DNA of 64,000 bases, taken from assembly GCA_963809925.1 (NCBI GenBank), contig CAWELH010000007.1, positions 6,133 to 70,132 on the forward strand, given 5' to 3'. This DNA is from an uncultured Bacteroidales bacterium (GTDB lineage: Bacteria; Bacteroidota; Bacteroidia; Bacteroidales; GCA-2748055). Position numbers and translations under genes: made by a program. Below, piece by piece: positions 28,557-38,860 of the stretch. Numbering within the stretch: position 1 is the stretch's first letter; each line of letters starts with the position of its first letter. The notes beneath the pieces are model-generated. The model was given only the letters and a program-made list of their open reading frames with translations. It was not told the DNA's origin and did not search any database.

Positions 28557-31013
28557 TTATTTTTTTGTACGGGCATCCCGTAGAAGTTTGACAATTTCTT
28601 CATGACCGTTGTCTCTGGCCCGTTCCAATGCACTGAATCCATCAGAGTCCCGGTAATTTATATCGGCACCTTCTTTCAGCAATTCCTTGACCTTTGCAAG
28701 ATCACCCTGCCAGGCGGCTCTCAACAGTTCCGGACCGTTCTTTCCACCGGAAGCCACTGTCTCAGTTTCTGTGGGATTGTTTATTACAGCGGAATCCGGT
28801 AGTTTACTATTCCGGATAATGTATGCAATGACCGGCAGATTCGCATTTTCCGAGATCTCCAGTGCAGTTTTTCCAGCTTTGTCTCTTAAGGTTGTATCCG
28901 CTCCACGTTCAACCAGTTCTAGTACGATATCCTGATAGCCCATTTCGGCTGCAAAATGGAGCGCCGTCTTTCCGCTATTGTCAGTTTCGTTAATCTTTGC
29001 TCCCTTATCGAGAAGCAATTTCACGACATCTGCGTGAACTTCAGGTAGATAGGTGTAAAAGTAGAAACCCTGCATTGCTGCCCAGTGAAGGGCCGTCCTG
29101 CCATTTATGTCCCTGGCTTCAATATCGGAACCCGCATCGATCAGATCGCGAATCCTTTTCAGAGAAAGTTCCGGATCCTGCCTCCATGTTTTAACGGCGT
29201 TTGCAACCGCTGCATGAAGGGCTGTCCAACCATCTGCAGTGACTGCCTTGATGTCAGGCCCGGCCTCCAAAACCATCTTAAAAATATCGTATTTGTTATA
29301 ATCCTTGTGGCGGTCACTTTTCTCATGATTTCCCACAAACGTTGCGGCTGCCATATGAAGCGGGGTCCAGCCGTCGTATGCGGCTGCATTAATATCGGCA
29401 CCGGCATCAAGAAGCAGTTTAACGGCGTCACCGTCGCCATTCAGGATGGCTGTGTGAAGCCAGGTCCAGCCATTATGCATGGTCTCATTCTTTTTCCCCT
29501 CGGCAATAAGCTTTTCCACCATTGAGTATGCCGTGACATTCCCGCCATCAGGCATAAGCTGGTATCCCCTTTTCCTGGGGAATGCTCCCGAATTGCCCCA
29601 TTTCTCACCCTCTTTACCCTCCGGCACTACCCACGATTCCGGTAGTGCCTGCACGGTTCCTGATGTTCTGAGTTTTCGGCTGCTTGCCTGCAGGGTCACA
29701 ACACTACCTGGAGGGAGATTTAGGACGCCGCCGCGGCCAAGCTTTCCAATGTTTTCACAATTGTGGTTTTCATCCGAGAGATATATTTCAAATTTGTAGT
29801 TGGCTTCGATCAGGGTTTGAACGGCTGAATCACTTTTATTGATAATAACAGAAGTCAGGGTTCCGTTCACGGGATGATAAAAAGCCGAAACTGAGAGACG
29901 TTCGTCATCCGTTTGAGCTTCAATTCGAACTGCTCCGGGCCGGATAAATCGATAAAATTGCTTTGATGCGTAGTATTTCGGTCCTGGTTTTCCATCAACC
30001 AGAATACAATAATTACCGTCGTCTCCGGCATTGCCCGATAACTGCCAGTAAATCCATGCGCTGAAATTGCCGTACACCAGGTAATCCTGGATATCTGATG
30101 CCATCTTCAATGCGCCTTTCCATGACTGTTCGTGGCCGGAAGTTTCTGTCATCCAGTTCTGACGTCCATATTTTTTCGTCTCATCCACCCACTTGATCAG
30201 CTGGTCTTTTCCTCCCTGCCGGTGAGTACAGAACTGACCGTTAAACTTACTAGTTTGCGGATCATTCATTGTCGGTTGAATATTGAACAGCATCCTGTCA
30301 ACAAACATCATATCTTCCGGTATGAGGATTTGCGTGTTGATGCCTTCTTTTTCGAATTTAACCATCAGGGCCCTTACAGCTTCCTTCAGAACCCATGGAT
30401 TGTAGATGCATGAACGGTAAAATTCAGGGAAAAGCAATTCATTCTGCACACTGACCCAATTGATATCAATGCCGTAATTTTTCTTCGCAAGAATGATCTG
30501 TGCAGCCATATATTCCGCAAATTCACTGAAGAGATCAGCCCTGAGAAATCCGCCCTGGATGGGTGCATGGTTCGTTTTTAAAAAGTCGGGGGGCGACCAT
30601 GGAGTGGCCATAAAACGATTGATACCCCGCTTCTTAAATTCATTCATTAGCAGCATTGAACTTTCCAGCCCTTTCCTGCTAAGGTTGTCTCCAAGCCAGA
30701 AACCGTCCCAGTTGAAATGATCCGGATCGCTGTCATCGTTGACCCACTCCGTATGTTCCATCAGCGGAACCCTGACGATACTCATACCGAGATCATTTAC
30801 AACAAGGTCAAAAAAATCCGGATCAGAATATTCCGGAGGGAATTCTTTATAATTCGCAATACAGCTTCCAAATCCTTCGATTGTCTGATACGAAATGGAG
30901 GGGTCAATGGCGATGCTGGTCTCCGCCACAGGTATGTCCCGCTGGCAGCCTTCGATGATGAATGCCACGGAGAATATCATCCCAAAAAGAGCCGGGAATA
31001 AAAGATTTTTCAT
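28557..31013 (-). CDS. lipoprotein: GH30-like glycoside hydrolase fused to a C-terminal ankyrin-repeat array
   Basis: Lipobox IIEGC. GH30-like motifs are YQTIEGFGSC, GMSIVRVPL, VSVQNELLFPE (acid/base NE) and NWMTETSGH (nucleophile TE). The C-terminal 300 aa carry about 7-8 ankyrin repeats (GWTPLHMAA, GRTALHWAAMQG, GKTALHFAAEMGYQDIVLELVERGAD and others). Likely start ATG 31013. Confidence 0.7.
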   Translation of the reverse strand: MKNLLFPALFGMIFSVAFIIEGCQRDIPVAETSIAIDPSISYQTIEGFGSCIANYKEFPPEYSDPDFFDLVVNDLGMSIVRVPLMEHTEWVNDDSDPDHFNWDGFWLGDNLSRKGLESSMLLMNEFKKRGINRFMATPWSPPDFLKTNHAPIQGGFLRADLFSEFAEYMAAQIILAKKNYGIDINWVSVQNELLFPEFYRSCIYNPWVLKEAVRALMVKFEKEGINTQILIPEDMMFVDRMLFNIQPTMNDPQTSKFNGQFCTHRQGGKDQLIKWVDETKKYGRQNWMTETSGHEQSWKGALKMASDIQDYLVYGNFSAWIYWQLSGNAGDDGNYCILVDGKPGPKYYASKQFYRFIRPGAVRIEAQTDDERLSVSAFYHPVNGTLTSVIINKSDSAVQTLIEANYKFEIYLSDENHNCENIGKLGRGGVLNLPPGSVVTLQASSRKLRTSGTVQALPESWVVPEGKEGEKWGNSGAFPRKRGYQLMPDGGNVTAYSMVEKLIAEGKKNETMHNGWTWLHTAILNGDGDAVKLLLDAGADINAAAYDGWTPLHMAAATFVGNHEKSDRHKDYNKYDIFKMVLEAGPDIKAVTADGWTALHAAVANAVKTWRQDPELSLKRIRDLIDAGSDIEARDINGRTALHWAAMQGFYFYTYLPEVHADVVKLLLDKGAKINETDNSGKTALHFAAEMGYQDIVLELVERGADTTLRDKAGKTALEISENANLPVIAYIIRNSKLPDSAVINNPTETETVASGGKNGPELLRAAWQGDLAKVKELLKEGADINYRDSDGFSALERARDNGHEEIVKLLRDARTKK

Positions 31014-31059
31014 AGAGACAGATGTATTAGCTTCAATAAAGATATTCAATTCCCACGGT

Positions 31060-32253
31060 TTACGTTCTCAAAACCTGAAGTAATCTTAGTATGGCTTCAA
31101 TGTAATAGTAATCGGCATAAGATAGAGGAATGTCGATGCCGGCTCTGGCTGGCTTGGATACCACACTGTGTTTCAGTAAAAATCCACCGTTTTCACCTTT
31201 CGAATCAAAATACCCGGGTTCTGACAGGCAGAAAACAATGTTCTTCCCGGTTTCGAGATATTTTTTTTCCCCGGTGTGCATATAGAGTTCAATCATGGCT
31301 GAAGCAATGATGGAAGCAGCTGATGCATCCTTTTCCTCACCCGAATCTGAAGAGAGCGCAAAGTCCCAGCAGGGCACATATTCGTCACCAAGCTTTGTTA
31401 TCAGGTAATCTGCGATATGCCTGGACTGAATAAGATAGTTCGTGTCAGCGGTCTCCCTGTACATCATCGTAAATCCATAAAAGCCCCAGGCCTGTCCCCT
31501 TGACCACGAAGAACTATCATAGGCGCCCTGTAATGTTCCTTTCCGGATTGGCTTGCCGGTTACTGTATCATAATCAACAACATGAAAACAACTGTAGTTA
31601 TCCATATAGTGACTTTTCATAGTCTTGTATGAATGGCTTCCGGCTATACGGGAAAAAGTCTCACCTCCGCTATGTTTGCTGGCCCACATCAGTAATTCGA
31701 GATTCATCATGTTATCGATGATCACTGGGTATTGCTTCCACCAGCCGGGAAAATCCCACGACCTGAGGCAACCTACTGTCGGGGAAAATCGCCTGCTGAG
31801 TGATTCTGCACTCTGAAGCAGGACCCGCTTATAGTCGGGGTTTTTCGTGATGCGATATCCGTTACCATAACTGCAGTACATCATAAAACCCAGGTCGTGA
31901 GTACCGGTTTCATACTGCTGGTCTTCCAGAATTTGTGTATAATATTCAGCTTTCCTCTTCCAGAAATTATCATTTGTATATTCATAGAAATACCACAATG
32001 TTCCGGGAAAAAATCCACTGGTCCAGCCTGACGGGTCTGTCCCGACGAACCGGCCGTTCTTGAACGAATAAGGGATCTGACCGGCCTGGCCAAAATCGGT
32101 AAGTATCTGTTTATACTGTGAAGTTGCCACATCCATGATTTCTGTCAGGTGCTCTTCTTCATCCTTGCTTAACGTACTTGTATTTGTATTACAGTTCGTT
32201 AAACCCAAGCCTGTCAGTACTAAAAATCCGATAAGTACGATAACGCTCTTCAT
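31060..32253 (-). CDS. GH88 unsaturated glucuronyl hydrolase
   Basis: WTSGFFPGTLWYFYEYT, THDLGFMMYCSYGNGY, SRGQAWGFYGFTMMYRET and DASAASIIASA are characteristic of glycosyl hydrolase family 88. Confidence 0.85.
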   Translation of the reverse strand: MKSVIVLIGFLVLTGLGLTNCNTNTSTLSKDEEEHLTEIMDVATSQYKQILTDFGQAGQIPYSFKNGRFVGTDPSGWTSGFFPGTLWYFYEYTNDNFWKRKAEYYTQILEDQQYETGTHDLGFMMYCSYGNGYRITKNPDYKRVLLQSAESLSRRFSPTVGCLRSWDFPGWWKQYPVIIDNMMNLELLMWASKHSGGETFSRIAGSHSYKTMKSHYMDNYSCFHVVDYDTVTGKPIRKGTLQGAYDSSSWSRGQAWGFYGFTMMYRETADTNYLIQSRHIADYLITKLGDEYVPCWDFALSSDSGEEKDASAASIIASAMIELYMHTGEKKYLETGKNIVFCLSEPGYFDSKGENGGFLLKHSVVSKPARAGIDIPLSYADYYYIEAILRLLQVLRT

Positions 32254-32281
32254 GAATTTGCTTAAAAATTAGGTTATTATC

Positions 32282-34072
32282 TCAGTGTGACTTTCTAATC
32301 ACTAATTTCATGCATGCCTTTGACTTATCCCCAACAAAAACAAGAAACCAGATTCCACTGTCGAATGACTCCAGGTTACAGGTGAGGGCATCGGCACCCG
32401 GACTGATGAGCTGCCGTTCCTTTTGCTCTCCCCGCAGGTTGAAAAACAGCAGTTCATTATATTTGGCTCCTCCAAAATCTATATGCAACGAGTTCCCTGC
32501 CGGGTTAGGAAACACTTCCGGAACCTGAGCATCTTCCTCCGTTTTAAAGATATGGTCAGATTCGGAGACGTAGATTCGCACAGTCCTGCTCATGCTTTTC
32601 GGTCCGCCGGATTTGCCTGTTCCATCGTCGCTCAGCGTGACGGTCACATCCACCATACCTGTATCCGACGGCACGAAGGTAATGCAGGCCTCGCCCTCCT
32701 CATCACCCCAGGCGTGATCCAAAGAGGTAACGGCACGGCTGTGACTTTTTTCCAGGAAAATTTCAAGCCCCTGTTTTTCCTCATCACCATCCGAAATCTC
32801 CGAAATCCAAATAGTATCCTGATCGGTAGAAATATGCGTATATACCTCGGCAGGTAGATTGAAGCCGGGGGCCTGGTTTTCCGGCAGGTAAAATCCCGGA
32901 TCCAGGATAACCAGTGCCCCGTCAAATTCACCGTTTTCATTGTCACTCCTCAGCTCATGCCGGGAGAAATATAAACGCCCTTTGCTGTCACGGATATTAT
33001 TTCCCGTGAAGGTATAGTCGCCGGATCCGAACTCCGCGGGGAATTCATAGACAGAAGCTACTTCACCCGTCATCACATGCATCCTGATCAGGCGGTAAGG
33101 CTTCTGCGCCGGAACTGCATACAGATCCTTTTCGTCGGGAGAAAGGAATAAGGTCAGTACGCCGCCACCATATGGGTTTATATTTCCCAGATCAGTCAGT
33201 TCCTTCGAGGCCACATCAAGTTGATACACTGATCCTTCAGGATCGAGAATGTATGCGATACTCCGGTCAGTGGTCATGGCCAGTCCGTTCCAGAATGGAC
33301 GCCCCCCTTTATAGCCGGTTTTTATAGTTGTGTCATTCTGAAAATCATAGACATACATATTTTCCCAACCCCAGGAATAGGTGATGTTCCCCATTTCATC
33401 CGGAATCAGGGTCCTGGTGATATTACCGTTGAGCCGTAATCCATCGATCACACGATCGACCTTCCCCGAAAGTGTATTATAGTAAACAAGATCTCCGTAG
33501 GGATTTCCATAGCCAACAATATAATTCATTGATGGAATGGATGTTAAACTTATGAGTCCTCTGTTTTTCTGAACAACCCCGTCTGGAAGACCACTGCTTA
33601 CATCAATCAGTTTGTCGAGCGATATATCATATGCAAGGATATGTGAGCCTCTAAATTCTGTAAGATCTTCTGTGGGTGAGGGACTGGGCTGGGTTCCGAT
33701 ATACATCTTACCATTCATGTACACGATATCGGTATGACCTTTCGACACTACTTCCTTAGGCTCCCTGTTTCCGGCCTGATCGAGAACATGATTATATGTA
33801 TCAATGAAGCGCTTCTCACCCTTGTCGAAATTGTACCGGAATAAGGCAACATCTTCCTCATGACCGGCCCATTCGTTATTGTTTCCGAAAGCAATGTAGA
33901 CATTATCATCCGGGTCAATGCCAATTGAATTCCAGCAAAACTGAAGCGGGAATCCTGCCGGCTTGATTTCACTGAATGACACAACCTTAACTGTGATCTG
34001 TCCCCACGAATCTGCCACACCCGGAAAAATTGTCAGGATAAATACAGCGATCAATTTATCGGGTGACTTCAT
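32282..34072 (-). CDS. T9SS-secreted hypothetical protein, probable beta-propeller body
   Basis: Signal peptide. Strand-rich repetitive body. The C-terminal VFPNPAGNSLHIDF...GIWFLVFVGDKSKACMKLVIRK is a type A CTD. Confidence 0.5.
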   Translation of the reverse strand: MKSPDKLIAVFILTIFPGVADSWGQITVKVVSFSEIKPAGFPLQFCWNSIGIDPDDNVYIAFGNNNEWAGHEEDVALFRYNFDKGEKRFIDTYNHVLDQAGNREPKEVVSKGHTDIVYMNGKMYIGTQPSPSPTEDLTEFRGSHILAYDISLDKLIDVSSGLPDGVVQKNRGLISLTSIPSMNYIVGYGNPYGDLVYYNTLSGKVDRVIDGLRLNGNITRTLIPDEMGNITYSWGWENMYVYDFQNDTTIKTGYKGGRPFWNGLAMTTDRSIAYILDPEGSVYQLDVASKELTDLGNINPYGGGVLTLFLSPDEKDLYAVPAQKPYRLIRMHVMTGEVASVYEFPAEFGSGDYTFTGNNIRDSKGRLYFSRHELRSDNENGEFDGALVILDPGFYLPENQAPGFNLPAEVYTHISTDQDTIWISEISDGDEEKQGLEIFLEKSHSRAVTSLDHAWGDEEGEACITFVPSDTGMVDVTVTLSDDGTGKSGGPKSMSRTVRIYVSESDHIFKTEEDAQVPEVFPNPAGNSLHIDFGGAKYNELLFFNLRGEQKERQLISPGADALTCNLESFDSGIWFLVFVGDKSKACMKLVIRKSH

Positions 34073-34089
34073 GCGCAGGCCTCTGTTTA

Positions 34090-36247
34090 TTAATGATGAA
34101 TAATAAAAGTTGTTCTTGCAAGTTCTGCCCGTTCAGCGTTAACCGCCAGTATATACAGCCCATTTTGAAGATAGCTGATATCCAGTGGACATGAAGCTCC
34201 TTCCTGAAGGTTTTCCGGTTGGCTGTTCAAAAGTAGCTTACCGTTCATATCGAATATTCGGATGATATAGGGTCCGGGATATGACCGATTGAATCTGATA
34301 TTGAGTCTGTCGGAAGCGGGAACCGGGTATAACGAAAAGATATCTTCGGTCCGTGCAGAATGACCATCCGGGGTTGCATCAAACCTGACATTCGTTCCAA
34401 CATATGACGAGGACGTTACACCGCGGAACGATTTGATCCTGTAATAATAAATCCCTTTTCCAGCGACGTCAGAATCAGAATACGAGGTTACATTTTCTCC
34501 CGTAGTAATCAAATCAAGGTAGGTCTCTCCACCGTCGATTGATTTCTCAATGTTAAATCCGTCTTCGTCAGTATTAATATCTGTCCATGCGAGCATTACA
34601 GATCTCTCCTCACCACTGAATGTTGCATTGAATTTAACTGGTGCATAGGGCGCGGGTGTATAGCCATTTAAAAAGACACGTACAAGTTCGATCCCGTTTC
34701 CGGTTCCAAGGTTTTTACTGTATAATTTTTCCTGCGGGTTATTCCAGTGTTCATAAATCCCAAGTGAGTAATCCACGATCGTACCATCACCCTCCGGATC
34801 GTACGCAATTCCAGGGGGTCGTTGCAAAGGATCTGCAGCCTGGATCAGAAAATCGTCTACACCTGCGGTGGTTGCCAAATTGTCGTTCCAGGTTTCGGTG
34901 CTGATAAAATCAAGTGCCACCGACTCAATGGCAACCGGATCGACCGACAATAACAATGATGAAGGGTAGTCGTCGTTGAACGGCGTCTGCTGAAATTTTA
35001 CGGGTGAAGACCAGGCGTTGGCGCTGCTCCAGAGCATATCGCCGATATTCAGGATGGTTTTTCCTCCCAGCTCTTTATGTGCCATCAGATCAACAAAATG
35101 GCGGTAGTGATTGTAACCCTGCTGATTCTCAACGAGTGAAGAATGCATGTGTTGGGCAGTATTTCTCATGTTCGAGCCAAAATGATTTTTAGTATTGTTT
35201 GAAAATCCGGCCGAACTGTGATGCTTTACTACGGAAATGTTGATCATATAATCAGCTTCTGTGAAATGTACCGGCAGGTAGTCCCCACCACTGCCATCGC
35301 TGAATTGGATAACCTGTTGGGCAGAACTCACTACCTTCGTCCTTCCGGCAGCCCCGTCCTCAAGGCTAAGATATACTACATTGGGGAAATCCGGTGCAAC
35401 CATCCCGTAATACTGATCGGGGAAGTACGATCCCGGGATCGCCGATGGAGATGTCTTCCTGTCTGACGCCCACAACGTTGATAAGCTGATTTAAAACCGA
35501 CCAGTATACCTGGGGTGAGGTATCGATCATATTCAGATTTTCATCTTTATTATGCCCGTCCATATTGCTGTCATCACAGGTCACAAAATTCACTTTTATC
35601 GCAATCTTCTCACCCTCTGAATAGCCGGTCTCATCCTTCCCTTTTGACTGATTGTAATACATGAATAACTTACTCCACGCACCTTCAATGGTTTCGGTGC
35701 CGGTAAGTGCGAGCAGACCTTGTGAAAGCATATCCTGGACAGCTGTAAGATTGGTATACCCGGGCATATACCAGTTCTGATCTTCCCGCCATGTATTCGG
35801 ACATGTCTCATCCACTGCGTCGGGATTCCATACCCAGACAACTTTACCTGTCATTTCTCCCGTACTCTCTCCTATTGGTTGATTTGGCAGAAAAACAGCT
35901 GCTTCCATGGATTTTGAAAAAACTTCACCAGGGTCCAGGAAGTTCAGGTGTACGATGACCAGAAGCGCAAGGATCAGGACCAATACTGCAGGAACATATC
36001 TGGATTTTTTAAAAAGCTCCGCAGATTTTCGAAATATAACGGATGAACCCAGGATTCCGGTAAAGTAAATTACAAATGCTGCAGCAACCGGGAAGGCGGC
36101 TCTTTGACAAGGATAGGATGCCCTGGATGGCTTCGGGATTACCCGTAACAGAAACCAGATCAGTGCGATGATGCCAATGATTGGGAAAAACCACCTCCGT
36201 TTGCTTTCTCTGTAAAATAGTATAAGTCTATCGTATCGTTTTCTCAT
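34090..36247 (-). pseudogene. DUF362-like domain / FN3 / T9SS-CTD protein split by one frameshift (or an assembly indel)
   Basis: ORF 35366-36247 ends ...DISIGDPG, and ORF 34090-35475 continues ...SYFPDQYYGMVA in the +1 frame. The junction is at the CCCGGG run at 35432-35437. The N-terminus has TM segments and the KPSRASYPCQRAAFP motif, then EKIAIKVNFV (DUF362-like), one FN3 domain and the CTD LYPVPASDRLNIRF...GLYILAV. Confidence 0.6.
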
Positions 36248-36271
36248 TCACTTTCCAGTTTAAGATCGTTA

Positions 36272-38800
36272 CTATTCCTTTGTGAACCGGATGACCGTTT
36301 GATGATCAGCAGTAATCACTCTGATAAAATATATCCCTCCGGCGAACTGACTGACATCGATATGCAATTCATTCTCTGACATGCTTTCCCCGGAAAAGAT
36401 CCGGCTTCCGATAATATCCATGATCTCAATCCTCAGAATTTTCTCTTCCGCTTTGATTGTAATATTTCCTTCCGAAGGATTTGGAAACACCAATACTCCC
36501 CCACCTTTTCCACTTCGCGAAACTCCCAGTGTGAAATTGAACGGAGTTGAAACCCTCGATTCATTGCCATCAAGATCCAGGGCGGAAACACCGATCCTAT
36601 ATGTCATTCCCTCGGTTGCACCGGTCACTGTATAGCTTAACTGCTCAGTTGTGCCATGAAGATTGTTGTCAAGGTAAACATTATAACCGGTCACACCAAT
36701 GTTATCTGTGGCAGGATCCCAGCTGATGGTGAAGCCGGTAGATGCAATATCCAAAATCGTTACATTAGCAGGTGATGAAGGAGGCTGGGAATCAGCTACT
36801 CTGATCATCAACTCATTGCTCTGTTCCGATTCATTCCCGGCCGGATCGACGGAGCTGACAGTTACGGCATACGTGATTCCCATTTGCAGATCAGAAATTG
36901 AAATGACGGTGTCCTGGTAAATGTCATCGGTATACAATGTTCCGTCCAAATATACTTTATAGCCCCATATCTCCCTGTCGTCGACAGAACGGTCCCATTT
37001 AAAGGTCAGGGAATGATCAGTTACCCCTACCATCTCCGGGTTTCCGGGTTTGGAGGGGGGATTTGTATCGGGGTCAAGCGTCATGAATTGTGCATCCCGG
37101 CTGCCTGACTCATTCCCGGAAACATCAACAGCTTTTACGGTGACTGTGTACTCCGTTTCCGGACTCAGCCTGTAGATGGTAAACGCAGTATCTTTCACCA
37201 GCGTAGCATTTGCACGATCATCACCAAAGTAGATGTTATAGCCAAGAGTGCGTTCATTGTCAGTGGCCCACAACCATGAAATCCGTACCGATGCATCCGT
37301 AATATGACTTGTCATCACAGCAGGGGGGATCTCCGGAGGAATCTCGTCTGTATCCAGCGAAAATCCATGGGCAATATAAGCTATGACAGACTCTGCCGAA
37401 TATTCAGGCCACCATGTTCTTACCGGACGTTGGTAAGCCCGTTGAAGAAAGCTGTCTACTGAGCCAGGCCTTCCGAGATTCTGATGATAATCACCCACTG
37501 ATCTGTCAGGATCGAGCCATCCCGGATCCGGCGTTTCCTTGTTTCTGTCCTTGTAAAATTTATAAATGATATTATCCTCTTTTTCAACACTTCCTCCGAT
37601 TCCGTTTACATCATCATACCCGGCAATGGCTTCGCCATCTTTGTTCAGGCTGTTGGCAATGATGTTGCGTTGTATCCTGCAAGGTATTGCAATACCTCCA
37701 ATGCCCAGACGGGCTGCTGTCCTTGGGTAGTCTATGTCCAGAGAATCCATAAGACGGGTTTCCAGAAATACATTGTCGCTCACAGTGGTCATATCCATAT
37801 CGGTTACCCAGTTGAACATTTCCGTCCAGTCTTCTTCCACATAGTTGAAGCCGACATTGATGTTTACTGCATTCTGAAGAAACAGGTTGCCGGTTGCGCT
37901 TCCCCCTGATCTTAGCTGAATCCCGTGAGCAGATCCCCGGGCCAGGATATTATTCCTGATGATGATCTTTGAAGGATCCGGATTATATCCCGACATATAA
38001 ATATTATGATTGAACATATTAGGGCCTGAACCCGCAACCTTTTCATTCCATCCGTTATGGTCAAAAAGGCAATCTTCTACCAAAACGCCTTCCGTCCGGT
38101 GTATATATATTCCCTGGGTTCTTGTTCTCAGTTCATTAACAAAATAAGAATCGGGAGCATACGAATGATGAGCGATCACCCGTCTCAGTTTCAGGTTCAC
38201 ATATTTGTTGGAGATATCTGCAGGGCTGAATGCCCCGAGGCTGGCGAAATTTGCAATACAATCCTCAATAAGAATATTTTCGCCGTATCCCAGCATATTA
38301 AAAACATCCACCTTCTCATCACTACTGAAATCGGGGGAATCAGGGTCGTGTTTGTATCCGTACCATTCCAGACCGACAAATGCCAGATTTGATGCTTCGG
38401 CATTGAAAGTGGACATAAAGGATACATCAATATTAAACCTGGGCCTTGGACCTTCGTCCCCGTAGTAACTTACGAGTATTGGTTCCGTTGCAGATCTTCC
38501 CGACTTGAACGATCCCAGACCGGCTACGGTAAACCATTCGTCTCCCCGTTTAAAGAGCAGATGATCGGGATAGCCGCTCCGGACAAGCGAAACAGCCCTG
38601 GCTATGGACTGCACGGGGGTTTCCGCAGACAATCCGTCGTTTGTATCCAGGCCAGAAGAACTGCTGACGTAGATGATTCTCGAATCGGCAGAAGGTGCAA
38701 CGATCGTCCACCCTCCCTCATCAAGGGGCAGTTGGGGTAACACCGTTACACAGATGAGCAGAAGCAACAATACCGCGTATACCCTTTTAAGAATGGTCAT
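36272..38800 (-). CDS. right-handed parallel beta-helix protein with three FN3 domains and a T9SS type A CTD (candidate polysaccharide lyase/hydrolase)
   Basis: The N-terminus DTNDGLSAETPVQSIARAVSLVRSGYPDHLLFKRGDEW and NHNIYMSG...NNILARGSAHGIQLRSGG...NLFLQN are typical beta-helix repeats. Three FN3 modules are present (for example SWDPATDNIGVTGYNVYLD). The CTD is VFPNPSEGNITIKA...GGIYFIRV. Confidence 0.65.
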   Translation of the reverse strand: MTILKRVYAVLLLLLICVTVLPQLPLDEGGWTIVAPSADSRIIYVSSSSGLDTNDGLSAETPVQSIARAVSLVRSGYPDHLLFKRGDEWFTVAGLGSFKSGRSATEPILVSYYGDEGPRPRFNIDVSFMSTFNAEASNLAFVGLEWYGYKHDPDSPDFSSDEKVDVFNMLGYGENILIEDCIANFASLGAFSPADISNKYVNLKLRRVIAHHSYAPDSYFVNELRTRTQGIYIHRTEGVLVEDCLFDHNGWNEKVAGSGPNMFNHNIYMSGYNPDPSKIIIRNNILARGSAHGIQLRSGGSATGNLFLQNAVNINVGFNYVEEDWTEMFNWVTDMDMTTVSDNVFLETRLMDSLDIDYPRTAARLGIGGIAIPCRIQRNIIANSLNKDGEAIAGYDDVNGIGGSVEKEDNIIYKFYKDRNKETPDPGWLDPDRSVGDYHQNLGRPGSVDSFLQRAYQRPVRTWWPEYSAESVIAYIAHGFSLDTDEIPPEIPPAVMTSHITDASVRISWLWATDNERTLGYNIYFGDDRANATLVKDTAFTIYRLSPETEYTVTVKAVDVSGNESGSRDAQFMTLDPDTNPPSKPGNPEMVGVTDHSLTFKWDRSVDDREIWGYKVYLDGTLYTDDIYQDTVISISDLQMGITYAVTVSSVDPAGNESEQSNELMIRVADSQPPSSPANVTILDIASTGFTISWDPATDNIGVTGYNVYLDNNLHGTTEQLSYTVTGATEGMTYRIGVSALDLDGNESRVSTPFNFTLGVSRSGKGGGVLVFPNPSEGNITIKAEEKILRIEIMDIIGSRIFSGESMSENELHIDVSQFAGGIYFIRVITADHQTVIRFTKE

Positions 38801-38860
38801 AGTTTCCCTGATTTTTTAGCATTGATCGGTTTCAGAATACCTGCTCAAACAGAAAGGGCA

